From: a virus
Taxonomy: Duplodnaviria > Heunggongvirae > Uroviricota > Caudoviricetes
Length of the DNA stretch: 64,000 nt
Virus record (IMG/VR): IMGVR_UViG_3300028413_000003
Location: 40,465-104,464 of that record
Reading direction: 5' to 3' (one strand)
A program made the position numbers and the translations under genes. Every line of letters begins with the position of its first letter. Position 1 is the stretch's first letter. The notes beneath the pieces were generated by a model that saw only the letters and a program-made list of their open reading frames with translations, did no database searches and was not told the origin of the DNA. Of the stretch, positions 46,758 to 56,824 are shown in pieces.

Positions 46758-47024
46758 ATGGATCAAAAGTTAAAACAGTTTGAAGAATGGGAACAGGAGA
46801 TTGCAAAGTGGCACAAGTACCACAGAGGCACATCTCCCGGAACAACCACACTGATTAAAAAGCGTTTTGAAAAATACAAACTTGATTACTTTAGATTAAC
46901 AACAGAATACAGACAGACCAAGAAAAAGAGCGTGTTACTTGCCTCGGAAAAAATATTCGCTACAGCAGAAGCAGAATTCAAAAGATTCAAAAGACTTGAA
47001 TTTTTAGGAACTCTTGGTAAATAA
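46758..47024 (+). CDS. hypothetical protein
   Basis: 88-aa ORF. Confidence 0.4.
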   Translation: MDQKLKQFEEWEQEIAKWHKYHRGTSPGTTTLIKKRFEKYKLDYFRLTTEYRQTKKKSVLLASEKIFATAEAEFKRFKRLEFLGTLGK

Positions 47025-47033
47025 CAGTAATAC

Positions 47034-47125
47034 GGAGAGGTGGCCGAGTCTGGCTTAAGGCACCGCACTTGAAATGCGACGAACTTTAACGAGTTCCCAG
47101 GGTTCGAATCCCTGCCTCTCTGCCA
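47034..47125 (+). tRNA. tRNA-Ser (anticodon UGA), type II
   Basis: Acceptor GGAGAGG/CCTCTCT, loop CTTGAAA, variable arm GAACT-TTAACG-AGTTC, CCA encoded. Confidence 0.8.
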
Positions 47126-47198
47126 AGATAAAACTACGTTGTGAACCCTTTAGTGTAAGCATAGCAACATGCCTGAAATGGGCAGCACAACGTAAAAT

Positions 47199-47274
47199 GG
47201 GGATGTAGCTCAATTGGTAGAGCAGTGGATTGTCTATCCGAAGGCTGCGAGTTCAAATCTCGTCATTCTCGCCA
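47199..47274 (+). tRNA. tRNA-Asp (anticodon GUC)
   Basis: D-arm GCTCAATTGGTAGAGC, loop TTGTCTA, T-loop TTCAAAT, CCA encoded. Confidence 0.65.
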
Positions 47275-47293
47275 ACATTAAAAGAAAGTATGT

Positions 47294-47584
47294 ATGTACA
47301 ATTACAAATTGCCTGTGTTATACAGCAAAGCTGACTCAAAAGAACGCAGAGAAATACGCGAACAGTATGCAGCAGAGCAGGGCAATATGTGTTACTGGTG
47401 CAACAGCAACCTGGCAAAGTCGCCGCCAAAGTCTATCAAAGAAACAAAGATAAATCTCAAATTGTTTCCGCCAGGTTTCTTAAAACACCCAATTCACCTA
47501 CAGCACGATCACAGCAGTGATTTAACTGAAGGTGCTGTCCACGCAAGGTGCAACGCGCTTATGTGGCAATACCATAACAGATAA
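47294..47584 (+). CDS. endonuclease VII-like HNH protein
   Basis: CYWCNSNL ... HLQHDHSSDLTEGAVHARCNALMWQYH resembles T4 endo VII HLDHDHE...VRGLLCNLCN. Confidence 0.5.
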   Translation: MYNYKLPVLYSKADSKERREIREQYAAEQGNMCYWCNSNLAKSPPKSIKETKINLKLFPPGFLKHPIHLQHDHSSDLTEGAVHARCNALMWQYHNR

Positions 47585-48112
47585 CAACTGCATCAATTTT
47601 GTGTTGGCCCCTGTGAAGGGCATTGGAAAGTTTGCTCGAGCAACGATCCGGTGACACTGCTATAGGCTATCGTTAACACAATTTTAAATTTTTCAAAGTG
47701 AAGCGAGGAAAAAAATATTCTAGTCCTTGCTTAAATGGCGTGACAACCGAAGACATAGTCTTTAGAATAGCAGCTTGGGCCCGTAAATTGTACTAGACAT
47801 TGTAGCTGCTGTCAGCTTTGAAAAATAACTTATAAAAGGAAGAACATAAAACTATTCGAATACAGAACATCAGGAAATTACATCAAAGGCTCCGTTTGTA
47901 CAGCCATGATAACCGAGACAACAACACCCAAGGAAAATATTATCTGGACATTTCTTAGCCCAATTGCTGTGACTCGTGCATACACTAATTTTGAAACGCA
48001 GGATAAAGCACCCGGTAAGATGCGTCGGCTGATCAGATTAGTTGACGGTGAATTCTCAAGCTCGCGGGCGCCAGTTGCAGCTGAATTATCTAATTAATAT
48101 CCAATGTATTAC

Positions 48113-48136
48113 AAAAGGCGCATTGCGCCTTTTGTC
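48113..48136 (+). terminator. Rho-independent terminator
   Basis: aaaaggcgc att gcgcctttt. Confidence 0.75.
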
Positions 48137-48165
48137 TTGACTGCTGTGCTGTAAAGTGCTATAGT
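48137..48165 (+). promoter_or_regulatory. sigma70-like promoter TTGACT-N17-TATAGT
   Basis: Immediately after terminator; upstream of DNA ligase ATG 48175. Confidence 0.55.
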
Positions 48166-48174
48166 ACATTATAA

Positions 48175-49518
48175 ATGGAGAATCCAATGCGCAAACAACC
48201 CCAAGACATCATCAAACAGATAGAAGAAACCAGTGGCAGGCTTGACAAGCAGGCAATTATTACAACTGCACTCGACGACAACATAGCAGAGTTCTTTGAA
48301 GGTCTGCGTTTTACGTTTGACAAGATGGTTACGTTTGGCGTTAAGAAAGTGCCCGAGAAGACAGCATCGGGTGGCCAAGGACTAGCATGGCCAGCATTCA
48401 AAGACTTAGCAACTATGCTGTACAAGCGCGAGCTTACAGGACACGCTGCAAGAGACGCTATTGCACTTTGCATGGATGTAGCAACACAGGAGCAATGGAA
48501 CGGCTGGTATCGTCGCATTCTTATCAAAGACATGCGAGCAGGGTTTAGCGAGAGTACTGTAAACAAGGCTTGCAAAGCAGCAGGACGTGCTGACTGGGGA
48601 GTTGATGTATTTGCATGTCAGCTTGCACACGACAGCGCAAACCACGCAAGCAAGATGGTTGGTAAAAAGCAGATCGAAGTCAAACTTGACGGCGTTAGGT
48701 GCAATGTTGTTATACATGACGTTAATGGCGACAAGATTGAGATATTTAGCCGCAACGGCAAACAGTTTCACAACTTTGATCATATTATCGATGAAATCCG
48801 CGGGGTGGTAAAAAATAACCCAACCCCTTATCCAGTTGTGCTCGATGGCGAAATAATGAGTGCTGATTTTCAGGACTTGATGAAGCAATTGCAGCGCAAA
48901 GACGGCAAGAAAGCAACAGATGCTGTACTGCACTTGTTTGATACTATTCCGCTAGATGCTTTTGTACTAGGAGAGTGGAATAAGACACAGACATATCGTA
49001 GTGCTATCACCAAAGCGTGGGCGGACTTGCATGCTGCAGAAATGCCGCATGTACAGGCACTGGATTGGGAAGAAGTTGACTTGGATACCGAAGTAGGCCA
49101 GGCCCGCTTTGTAGAAATTAATGCCAAGGCTGTTAAGGAAAAGTACGAAGGTGTGATGATCAAAGACCCCGATGCACCATACAAGTGCAAACGAGTGCAC
49201 GCTTGGTTGAAGTCCAAGCCATTTATCGAAGTTACATTGACAATTACTGGATTTGAAGAAGGAACTGGGCGAAATGAAGGAAGACTCGGGGCTATCATAT
49301 GCGCTGGGGAAGATGACGGGAAAGATATTGTGGTCAATTGCGGCGGCGGCTTCTCTGACGCTCAGAGAGCCGACTTTTGGAATAATCGTAATAGCCTTCT
49401 TGGTCAGTTGGCTGAAATACGTGCAGACGCTGTGACACAAAACCAAGACGGCACATACAGCTTGCGCTTCCCAAGATTCAAAACATTCAGGGGATTTAAA
49501 GTCGGAGAGAAAATCTAA
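48175..49518 (+). CDS. ATP-dependent DNA ligase
   Basis: Adenylation motif I EVKLDGVRC (KxDGxR); 447 aa. Confidence 0.85.
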   Translation: MENPMRKQPQDIIKQIEETSGRLDKQAIITTALDDNIAEFFEGLRFTFDKMVTFGVKKVPEKTASGGQGLAWPAFKDLATMLYKRELTGHAARDAIALCMDVATQEQWNGWYRRILIKDMRAGFSESTVNKACKAAGRADWGVDVFACQLAHDSANHASKMVGKKQIEVKLDGVRCNVVIHDVNGDKIEIFSRNGKQFHNFDHIIDEIRGVVKNNPTPYPVVLDGEIMSADFQDLMKQLQRKDGKKATDAVLHLFDTIPLDAFVLGEWNKTQTYRSAITKAWADLHAAEMPHVQALDWEEVDLDTEVGQARFVEINAKAVKEKYEGVMIKDPDAPYKCKRVHAWLKSKPFIEVTLTITGFEEGTGRNEGRLGAIICAGEDDGKDIVVNCGGGFSDAQRADFWNNRNSLLGQLAEIRADAVTQNQDGTYSLRFPRFKTFRGFKVGEKI

Positions 49519-49557
49519 AGCTTTGGATGGATTAAAATTAAAAAGAGGTAGAATAAA

Positions 49558-49857
49558 ATGAAGATTATTGCACAAACAGCAGGTGGTGCATACTTGTGTG
49601 AACTAACACACAAAGAAGTTAAGCTCTTAAATCCAGATAGAGGCTATTTAGTAAAGTTAGGTGACGAATTTGACATTTCGTTGGCGACACAAACTCTAGA
49701 AAAAATACGAAGATTTCGTAGCGTGGACCTTCGCAGGACAGATTCTGCAGTGGAAGCTTTAGTTAAAGCACAACAAGATTTATCCGCAGCTTATTCGACG
49801 CTATTGTTGCTGGATGACATTAAGGATTCTGAAAATTTAGAAAATGAAAAATATTAG
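49558..49857 (+). CDS. hypothetical protein
   Basis: 99-aa ORF with RBS gaggtag. Confidence 0.45.
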   Translation: MKIIAQTAGGAYLCELTHKEVKLLNPDRGYLVKLGDEFDISLATQTLEKIRRFRSVDLRRTDSAVEALVKAQQDLSAAYSTLLLLDDIKDSENLENEKY

Positions 49858-50240
49858 TGGACAGCGTACATAACAAATCTGGTCAAGACATTCTACAGGA
49901 GCGGTTTGGCGCAATAATTCAACCCAGCCATCGCACCTACCATACAGCAGTCCCTCAAGACTATTGGCAGACACAAACACCAGGTTCACTGATCTCTCCT
50001 ATTAATTATCAAACATCCAACGGAGTAGAAATTACGCTGTCGGAATCAAACTTTACTGACTTATGTTATAGTATAGAATCATTGGTATTTCATCCCCGGC
50101 ACAGTTGGGAAAGTGAATATATAAAGAAATTAGAGTTTGAAGCAAAGATAAGAGACAATAATCCAGCTGTGATGAAAGCATACAACAACTATAAAATATT
50201 AATGGTGTTGGTAGCAAACGGACAACACCTTGTAGAATGA
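49857..50240 (+). CDS. hypothetical protein
   Basis: 127-aa ORF, overlapping start/stop. Confidence 0.45.
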   Translation: MDSVHNKSGQDILQERFGAIIQPSHRTYHTAVPQDYWQTQTPGSLISPINYQTSNGVEITLSESNFTDLCYSIESLVFHPRHSWESEYIKKLEFEAKIRDNNPAVMKAYNNYKILMVLVANGQHLVE

Positions 50241-50503
50241 TTAAGGTTACGTTAAAGTTACAACGATACAATCTTATGTTGTACGGGCAAGAAAAGGCAG
50301 TCTGTGATGCATTGCGCAACTGGGAAGAGCTTGAATGGGTAAAGTACCTTCGGGCCCATGGTGCAATGGAGGATAAAACTGTGTTAACCGACGGCACTGG
50401 TACTATTCGACACTGTGTAACAACGTGGAATCTGCCTGCAGAATACGAGACTTATTTTCGGCTCAGGTTTGGAGATATGTGCAACGTAGAAGATGTAGAA
50501 TGA
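50237..50503 (+). CDS. hypothetical protein
   Basis: 88-aa ORF. Confidence 0.45.
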   Translation: MIKVTLKLQRYNLMLYGQEKAVCDALRNWEELEWVKYLRAHGAMEDKTVLTDGTGTIRHCVTTWNLPAEYETYFRLRFGDMCNVEDVE

Positions 50504-50754
50504 AAATATCTGTAACTTTTAACTTTGACTACGACCCTAAATCTCTGGCAATTTCTGACAGCAAAGTGTATCTAGGTAAATTGCAAGATATGACACCCCG
50601 AATGCCTTGGCTTGCATACTTGTGCAAAACGTCCACTGAGACAACTGTACAAGCATTCTATGACCCTGCGCCTCATTTGACTGTAGTAGTGTATTGTTTT
50701 ACTATTACAAAAAAACAAGAAACATTTTACAATCTCAACTACGGTTCGTATTGA
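50500..50754 (+). CDS. hypothetical protein (start ATG 50500 overlapping upstream TGA as ATGA)
   Basis: In-frame ATG inside track ORF 50425..50754. Confidence 0.4.
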   Translation: MKISVTFNFDYDPKSLAISDSKVYLGKLQDMTPRMPWLAYLCKTSTETTVQAFYDPAPHLTVVVYCFTITKKQETFYNLNYGSY

Positions 50755-50779
50755 CAATCTACAGAGATAACTGTATACT
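50751..50779 (+). promoter_or_regulatory. sigma70-like promoter TTGACA-N17-TATACT
   Basis: Upstream of ATG 50804 with RBS aggaga. Confidence 0.55.
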
Positions 50780-50803
50780 GTATATTAACACTAGGAGAAT
50801 TGC

Positions 50804-51985
50804 ATGGCCAAATCGCTTATGCCAAAAAAGAAAAAAACAGTACGGGCAGTTCGTAAAAGCGGAATTGCATTAACACCAACCGACAGTTGGATATGGGCAA
50901 AATGGTACATCCATTACGAAGTTGACTCTAGAGGCTGGGGCGAAGAGATTAAGTTGTATATTAAGACACATTACGACAAAAAGACAGTTGCTGTTATCAA
51001 CAAGCTCACTGATTGGAGAATCTCGAACCACAGTCACTGGGCCACAACTGCCTACTTGTTAAGAGTTCAGGCCGATATCGTACCCGATGACTACAAACTT
51101 GGAATTGTTAAATTTGTAGAAGGTTTGATCGAACAAGGACAAGCAATTGTAGAAGAAAAGAAAACTGAAACTAAAAAGGTATCTACGGTTGCACCTTCGA
51201 TACAAGAACGCATTACAGAGCAATCCAAAGACGCATGTGACGCTATCGAAGAATGGCTTGATAGTTTTATAACCGACAAAAAGAATTTCAATCCAAAAGG
51301 GTTTGACTTTACTGCACATTTTGCAACCAAGAAAGTTTCGCAAGCCCATGCACGTAAAATTCAAAGATTTTACAAAAGCGAACTCAACGAAGCTCGGCTT
51401 ATAGCCAATCATATGCCTACTCCTCAGTCGATTGCCAAGATTAAGGACCCTATTAAAAAAGAACTTGCATCGCAATTTAGAGAAGGGTATAATCACCTTG
51501 CTAAGAAAGATGCAAAGGCATACCTTGATGCATTGGAAACAGTAGATGGTGCGTGCATGATGGTAATTGAATCTGCAAAAGCTACTCGTAAGCCGCGTGT
51601 CAAGAAGGCAGTTAGTGCAGACAAATTGATTGCAAAGTTGAAGTACAAAGATAAGGATGACAAGTATCAGCTTACTTCGGTCAACCCAACAGAACTTATT
51701 AACTCTACAGAGATCTGGATCTTCAATACCAAGACGCGCAAGCTCGGGAAGTATGTTGCAGACGAGTATACAAATACAATGACTGTTAAAGGAACTACAA
51801 TTATTGGATTTGACGAAACAAAAAGCGTGCAAAAGACATTGCGCAAAACTGAAGACCAACTTAAGGAATTTAAAGCAGCGGGCAAGATCAAGCTGCGCAA
51901 GTTCATGGAAGTAATCAAAACCACCGACACGAAACTAAACGGTCGTATCAACGCAGATACCATCATTTTAAAAGTAATGCATTAG
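50804..51985 (+). CDS. hypothetical lysine-rich protein
   Basis: 393-aa ORF; no recognised motif. Confidence 0.5.
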   Translation: MAKSLMPKKKKTVRAVRKSGIALTPTDSWIWAKWYIHYEVDSRGWGEEIKLYIKTHYDKKTVAVINKLTDWRISNHSHWATTAYLLRVQADIVPDDYKLGIVKFVEGLIEQGQAIVEEKKTETKKVSTVAPSIQERITEQSKDACDAIEEWLDSFITDKKNFNPKGFDFTAHFATKKVSQAHARKIQRFYKSELNEARLIANHMPTPQSIAKIKDPIKKELASQFREGYNHLAKKDAKAYLDALETVDGACMMVIESAKATRKPRVKKAVSADKLIAKLKYKDKDDKYQLTSVNPTELINSTEIWIFNTKTRKLGKYVADEYTNTMTVKGTTIIGFDETKSVQKTLRKTEDQLKEFKAAGKIKLRKFMEVIKTTDTKLNGRINADTIILKVMH

Positions 51986-51996
51986 AAAGGAATCCA

Positions 51997-52614
51997 ATGC
52001 CACTAGTACCAATGGTCGTCGAGCAAGACAGTCGAGGAGAACGCTCATACGATATCTTTAGTCGCCTACTCAAGGATCGTATTATTATGTTGCAAGGCGT
52101 TGTAGAAGATACAATGTCCAGCTTGATAGTAGCACAATTACTGTTTCTGGAGGCTGCTGACAGCGACAAAGATATCAGTCTCTACATTAATTCCGGTGGC
52201 GGCGCAGTTACAGCAGGACTTGCCATTTACGACACAATGCAGTTTATCAAGCCCGACGTTAAAACAATTGTAATAGGTCAAGCTGCTAGCATGGGAAGCT
52301 TGTTAGCACAAGCCGGAACACCAGGAAAGCGGTTTGTGTTACCTGAAAGTCGCACAATGATCCATCGCGTGAGCAGTGGCACACGCGGCACCAGCGGATC
52401 TGTACACGTTACAGAACTGCAGATTGAAGATACTATTCGAAGTCATGCAGAATCTAAGCGTCTTAATGAACGCTTGACAGAGCTCTACGTTAAACACAAC
52501 AGTCAAAACAAAGAATACGACGAATTTTATGAAACCATGAAGTTTGACACATTCTTATCAGCACAGGAGGCAGTAGATTTTGGACTCGCAGACAAACTTA
52601 TCACAACCCGATGA
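51997..52614 (+). CDS. clpP: ATP-dependent Clp protease proteolytic subunit
   Basis: [25 protein letters not shown] (active-site Ser), MIHRV. Confidence 0.85.
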   Translation: MPLVPMVVEQDSRGERSYDIFSRLLKDRIIMLQGVVEDTMSSLIVAQLLFLEAADSDKDISLYINSGGGAVTAGLAIYDTMQFIKPDVKTIVIGQAASMGSLLAQAGTPGKRFVLPESRTMIHRVSSGTRGTSGSVHVTELQIEDTIRSHAESKRLNERLTELYVKHNSQNKEYDEFYETMKFDTFLSAQEAVDFGLADKLITTR

Positions 52615-52939
52615 ATCATTGGCAACACTAAAGGATATTCCTACCAAAGGAATGTTGTTGGGGATGCTATACAAAGATGTATACCAAGTTACGTTCAATA
52701 AGTTAAATGGAGACCAGCGTGTAATGACATGCACACTTGCTCCTCAATACTTGCCCGAACACAAGTGGAAAAGCGAAGCGGACATTGGACAGGATGTCAA
52801 GGAAACAAACCCAGTGGACGCTAAAAATGTCACAGTATGGGACCTAAACGCCGAAGGCTGGCGCAGCTTTCATTACGTTCGTGTAACAAGAGTTAGCCCT
52901 GCAAATGCAGGTGGGGCGCAGCCGCAGTCACCTGCATAA
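52580..52939 (+). CDS. hypothetical protein
   Basis: 119-aa ORF overlapping clpP 3' end. Confidence 0.4.
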   Translation: MDSQTNLSQPDESLATLKDIPTKGMLLGMLYKDVYQVTFNKLNGDQRVMTCTLAPQYLPEHKWKSEADIGQDVKETNPVDAKNVTVWDLNAEGWRSFHYVRVTRVSPANAGGAQPQSPA

Positions 52940-52955
52940 CATCTAATAATAAGGA

Positions 52956-52984
52956 AAATAGCGCCCATCGGGCGCTATTTTCAT
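52956..52984 (+). terminator. Rho-independent terminator
   Basis: aaaatagcgccc atc gggcgctatttt. Confidence 0.8.
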
Positions 52985-53035
52985 GATGTGTAATACGGCT
53001 AGTTTAACAATTGACAATAAGATTTAAATACATAT

Positions 53036-53326
53036 ATGGAACACAAATTAAATAATGTCAGAATACAAGCCAGAATATGGAGCCGCCTGGCCTTTATTAT
53101 TCCTGTAGTATTCGTAGGTGGCAGTGGTGCACTCTACCACCTAAATCTAATTGGCGAACACAATATATTTTTAGTGGTATTAATTGCGTGGTCTGTGATT
53201 GCAGTTTCATGGTGGTTCTGGACCATGATTACTATTATGTTTTTAGTTAAAATGATGATAAAAAATTCCATTGATTTAGTCGATGTAAAGACCGAAGTTA
53301 AAAAAGTTAGAGACGAAATTAGTTGA
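53036..53326 (+). CDS. hypothetical membrane protein
   Basis: 96 aa, three hydrophobic helices. Confidence 0.4.
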   Translation: MEHKLNNVRIQARIWSRLAFIIPVVFVGGSGALYHLNLIGEHNIFLVVLIAWSVIAVSWWFWTMITIMFLVKMMIKNSIDLVDVKTEVKKVRDEIS

Positions 53327-53351
53327 CGTGGCCTTTATTTCATGTTATTAT
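53323..53351 (+). promoter_or_regulatory. sigma70-like promoter TTGACG-N17-TATTAT
   Basis: Upstream of queD-like gene. Confidence 0.45.
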
Positions 53352-53423
53352 AAAGAATAGAAGTGGACTATGTGTTCGCCCCACTCAAAATATTCCGCAC
53401 ACTCCATTAACATAGGAGTTATA

Positions 53424-53873
53424 ATGGCATTTTATTCAACTAAAACATACGGACACCAAATTGGCTTATCGGCAGTGTTTCGACAACCCAACGCAGACCA
53501 TTCGCATTGTCATCTACTACACGGATACAGTTTGGGATTTAAATTTATATTTGGATGTAACAATCTTGATAATAAAAATTGGGCTGTGGACTTTGGTGGT
53601 CTCAAACCATTAAAGGCATGGCTAGAAGATAACTTTGATCACAAGACTGCAATCGACCAAGACGATCCATTCTTGTACAAGTTTCTTGAATTACAACAAT
53701 TGGGATTGGCTGAGATAAGAGTATTCAACGGTGTAGGAGCAGAGAAATTTGCAGAACATGCGTTTTTATTTGCTGATAAGCTTATTCGCGAGGCAACACT
53801 TGACCGTTGCTGGTGTGTAAGCGCAGAGTGTTCCGAACATGGCGCGAACAGTGCAATCTTTTCCATTGACTGA
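53424..53873 (+). CDS. queD: 6-carboxytetrahydropterin / 6-pyruvoyl-tetrahydropterin synthase (QueD/PTPS family)
   Basis: RBS aggag then ATG 53424; CHLLHGY Zn-binding motif. Confidence 0.6.
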   Translation: MAFYSTKTYGHQIGLSAVFRQPNADHSHCHLLHGYSLGFKFIFGCNNLDNKNWAVDFGGLKPLKAWLEDNFDHKTAIDQDDPFLYKFLELQQLGLAEIRVFNGVGAEKFAEHAFLFADKLIREATLDRCWCVSAECSEHGANSAIFSID

Positions 53874-54636
53874 AACCAAGGACGAAAAGCGACAAAGGAA
53901 GGCCAGTGTTAGAGCAGGCCTTCCTTTGGTAGCCGACTGCAAAAGATATGTCGTCTGTCTAAAGTGGGGTACAAAGTACAGCCCAGAATATGTCAACAAC
54001 TTGTACAACATGGTTAAACGAAATCTCAGTGTGGATCATGAGTTTGTTTGCTTTACTGAAAACAGCAAGGGCATTGATCCAAATATTAGAATAGAGTCCT
54101 TGCCTGATCTGCCTGTAACAGGATGGTGGTACAAGCCTTACTTTCTCAGCAGCGATCTGCCGTTTGACGGAACTGTTTTGTTTTTAGACCTAGATTTGAT
54201 TATTTTTAGAAGTATCGATAAACTGTTTACCTACAAGCCAAACAACAACTTTTTGATCATTAGAGACTTCAACCGCCAAGTCCGACAAAATTGGGACAGG
54301 ATGAACAGCAGTGTATTTCGAGTTACTACAGGCACACACAATGCACTTTACAAAGACTTTACTTCAAATATACAAGTCCATACACGAAGATATCCTGGGG
54401 ATCAAGACTTTATGTACAAGAACATAAAAGATTATGCGTTTTGGCCTGACGAATGGATGCAAAGTTACAAATGGGAAATGCGCGGACGCCAGGAACTTGT
54501 AATAGTCAACGGCAAGCGCACATTTAAATCACCAGGTAATCCGACTATTTTGCCAGATACTAGTATAGCAGTGTTTCATGGCGAACCTAACATCCACGAT
54601 TGTATTGATGCATGGCCTCTTCAAAATTGGAAATAA
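53839..54636 (+). CDS. putative glycosyltransferase (DxD motif)
   Basis: VLFLDLDLIIF DxD-like motif; 265 aa; family not identified. Confidence 0.35.
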   Translation: MARTVQSFPLTETKDEKRQRKASVRAGLPLVADCKRYVVCLKWGTKYSPEYVNNLYNMVKRNLSVDHEFVCFTENSKGIDPNIRIESLPDLPVTGWWYKPYFLSSDLPFDGTVLFLDLDLIIFRSIDKLFTYKPNNNFLIIRDFNRQVRQNWDRMNSSVFRVTTGTHNALYKDFTSNIQVHTRRYPGDQDFMYKNIKDYAFWPDEWMQSYKWEMRGRQELVIVNGKRTFKSPGNPTILPDTSIAVFHGEPNIHDCIDAWPLQNWK

Positions 54637-54652
54637 GAGTATATAATACAGC

Positions 54653-54871
54653 ATGACACCAAAACAAAAGAGATCTGAAATCAAGCGCATCCTATTTAAG
54701 CTAGACGATCACAACCGTTTGATGTTCAAAAGGATGTATTCAAATAATAACTTAGAAAAGGATATTGACTTGGTTGTCGACGACATGCCAGCAAAACAAC
54801 TGGATTGGGCCTTACAACAATGTAAGAATACGTATTATAAAATCTTTAAAATACTAGCAGGTAAAGTATAA
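54653..54871 (+). CDS. hypothetical small protein
   Basis: 72-aa ORF. Confidence 0.35.
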   Translation: MTPKQKRSEIKRILFKLDDHNRLMFKRMYSNNNLEKDIDLVVDDMPAKQLDWALQQCKNTYYKIFKILAGKV

Positions 54872-54874
54872 ATT

Positions 54875-55639
54875 TTATTTTCTGCCTTTAGTCCATCCTA
54901 ATAATAAATATTCGTCTAATAAATCTTTATCTATTCTTTTCCTTTGTCCTTCTTTATTAATCCAAACTGATCCTTTTTTAATTGGTGCCCACTTCTTTTT
55001 AATCCATCCTTGATTTATATAATCTTCAAGTTCAGCTTCTTCGCATAAAGTATATCTATTTTTGATTTTATGGTATATCCATATTTTTCCTTTAGTAGGA
55101 GATTTGGCATAACCCAACTGCCAGCCTTCCTTAAGGTATTTGTCTACTTCAAGAGAATCTATTGCTATTCGGTTATTACCTTTATAAACATAAACCTTTC
55201 CTTTGTTAGACGGTTCTACTCCTCCTAAAAACCAACCATTGTTTAAGAATTCTTTTAATTTAATTTTGTCAACTGCTATAACTTCGCCTGTGTTGGTATT
55301 AGTAATATGTCTAAGATTCTTTGATCCTTTATTAAATCCTCCGAAACCTCCAGTTACAATGTTGTAAACGTCAGACCTGCTAACAAATTCTTCAGTGACA
55401 ATTTCTTTTTCTTTTTCGAACATCTCCTCAGGAGAATCGAACAGATGCAAAATTTCTCTTTTAAAGTTTTCTGCACCGTATTTTTTAATTGCATAGTGTA
55501 GCATTTTTCCACTACCCATGTATCCATCGTTAATGTCGTTAGTAGAGTGTGCGCCTATATAAACCTTACTGTTAATTAAATTTGTAGTTTTGTATATTAG
55601 ATGATATTTGTTTTTTCTTGATTTTGATAAGTTTGCCAT
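54875..55639 (-). CDS. GIY-YIG homing endonuclease (seg-like, free-standing)
   Basis: HLIYKTTNLINSKVYIGAH ... GYMGSG GIY-YIG core; start taken at Met of MANLSK. Confidence 0.8.
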   Translation of the reverse strand: MANLSKSRKNKYHLIYKTTNLINSKVYIGAHSTNDINDGYMGSGKMLHYAIKKYGAENFKREILHLFDSPEEMFEKEKEIVTEEFVSRSDVYNIVTGGFGGFNKGSKNLRHITNTNTGEVIAVDKIKLKEFLNNGWFLGGVEPSNKGKVYVYKGNNRIAIDSLEVDKYLKEGWQLGYAKSPTKGKIWIYHKIKNRYTLCEEAELEDYINQGWIKKKWAPIKKGSVWINKEGQRKRIDKDLLDEYLLLGWTKGRK

Positions 55640-55666
55640 TGACTTCCCTTGTAAATAGTGTATACT
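55639..55666 (+). promoter_or_regulatory. sigma70-like promoter TTGACT-N16-TATACT
   Basis: Its -35 overlaps the start codon of the divergent GIY-YIG gene; drives uvdE. Confidence 0.5.
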
Positions 55667-55702
55667 GTATTTATACAATTGCTTGCAAATACGGAAAAAA
55701 AT

Positions 55703-56824
55703 ATGTTTAAACAAGATATAAAGCGGATTGGTTGGGCCTGTAAATACTTGCATCCGGATCAGACACAGAAGACAAAGATTCTAGAGGAATTACAACGTCC
55801 TCTAACCGAGCGGGCCACTACAGTTGCATGGCTTAACAGACAAACACGTGATGTCGCAGAACAGCGGCTATGGGACATTATGGTACACAACTCAGCTGCT
55901 GCAAAGAGATTGGTAGAATATGTTGGAACCCTTATTCCTGAACTTCGTATGGTTAGATTGGGTAGCAATCAGCTTCCTTGTGCTACCCATGCTGATTGGA
56001 GTTATTTTTGGACTCGTAGTGACGTGGTTGCGTACTGTGATACCCATTACAGAAAAGTCGGCGACGCGGCACGAGCCCTTGATGTGCGAATATCAATGCA
56101 TCCCGGACAATTCGTCGTCCTTGCCAGTGATAACCCGGAAATTGTAAATAGAAGTATAGCGGAGTTTGAATATCATGCGAATCTCATCAGGTGGATGGGC
56201 TATGGACAGAAGTTCCAAGATTTCAAGTGTAACGTCCACATCGCAGGACGCGAAGGTCCAGCCGGTATCAAGCGTGCGCTTCAACGATTGTCTACAGAAG
56301 CACGAAACTGCATTACCATTGAGAACGATGAAAACAAGTGGGGCATCGAAGACAGCCTTGAATTATCCAAAGACTTGGCCCTGGTCCTAGATATACATCA
56401 CCATTGGTGCAGAGAAGGCGAATACATATTGCCGTCTGATGACAGATTCAAGCGTGTGATCGACAGCTGGCGCGGCATTAGGCCTGCTATACATTATAGC
56501 GTGAGCCGTGCAGACGTCTTAGACGGTCATAGCGACTCTGTAAGACCCAACATGCCGACTTTGCTAGCACAGGGCTACAAAAAAGGCAAACTACGCGCAC
56601 ACAGCGATTTTATGTGGAATCATGCAGTCAATGACTGGGCCTTAGAATTTTCTCCACATGCAGATATTATGGTAGAAAGCAAAATGAAAAATTTGTCCTG
56701 CGAAAGGTTACATGAGCATGCACAACAGAAAACAAAAGTGGCTAGGCCGACCGGAGTTTCGAATAGCGATGCTGGAATGCATGTTCGTAATGTTCGGAGA
56801 GGCTGCATTCGTGCCAAAACTTGA
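55703..56824 (+). CDS. uvdE: UV-damage endonuclease UvdE/UvsE
   Basis: HPGQFVVLAS, IENDENKWGIEDSLELS, VLDIHHHWC match B. subtilis UvsE HPNQFTLFTS, LENDDKTYTTEETLQVC, VFDFHHFYA. Confidence 0.8.
   Translation: MFKQDIKRIGWACKYLHPDQTQKTKILEELQRPLTERATTVAWLNRQTRDVAEQRLWDIMVHNSAAAKRLVEYVGTLIPELRMVRLGSNQLPCATHADWSYFWTRSDVVAYCDTHYRKVGDAARALDVRISMHPGQFVVLASDNPEIVNRSIAEFEYHANLIRWMGYGQKFQDFKCNVHIAGREGPAGIKRALQRLSTEARNCITIENDENKWGIEDSLELSKDLALVLDIHHHWCREGEYILPSDDRFKRVIDSWRGIRPAIHYSVSRADVLDGHSDSVRPNMPTLLAQGYKKGKLRAHSDFMWNHAVNDWALEFSPHADIMVESKMKNLSCERLHEHAQQKTKVARPTGVSNSDAGMHVRNVRRGCIRAKT

Noticed and set aside
48406-51859. Long minus-strand ORFs antisense to DNA ligase and the 393-aa gene (48406..48933, 48967..49575, 51059..51859)
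   Set aside because: Fully embedded antisense to well-supported plus-strand genes. Cys/Ser-rich low-complexity translations. Typical shadow ORFs.
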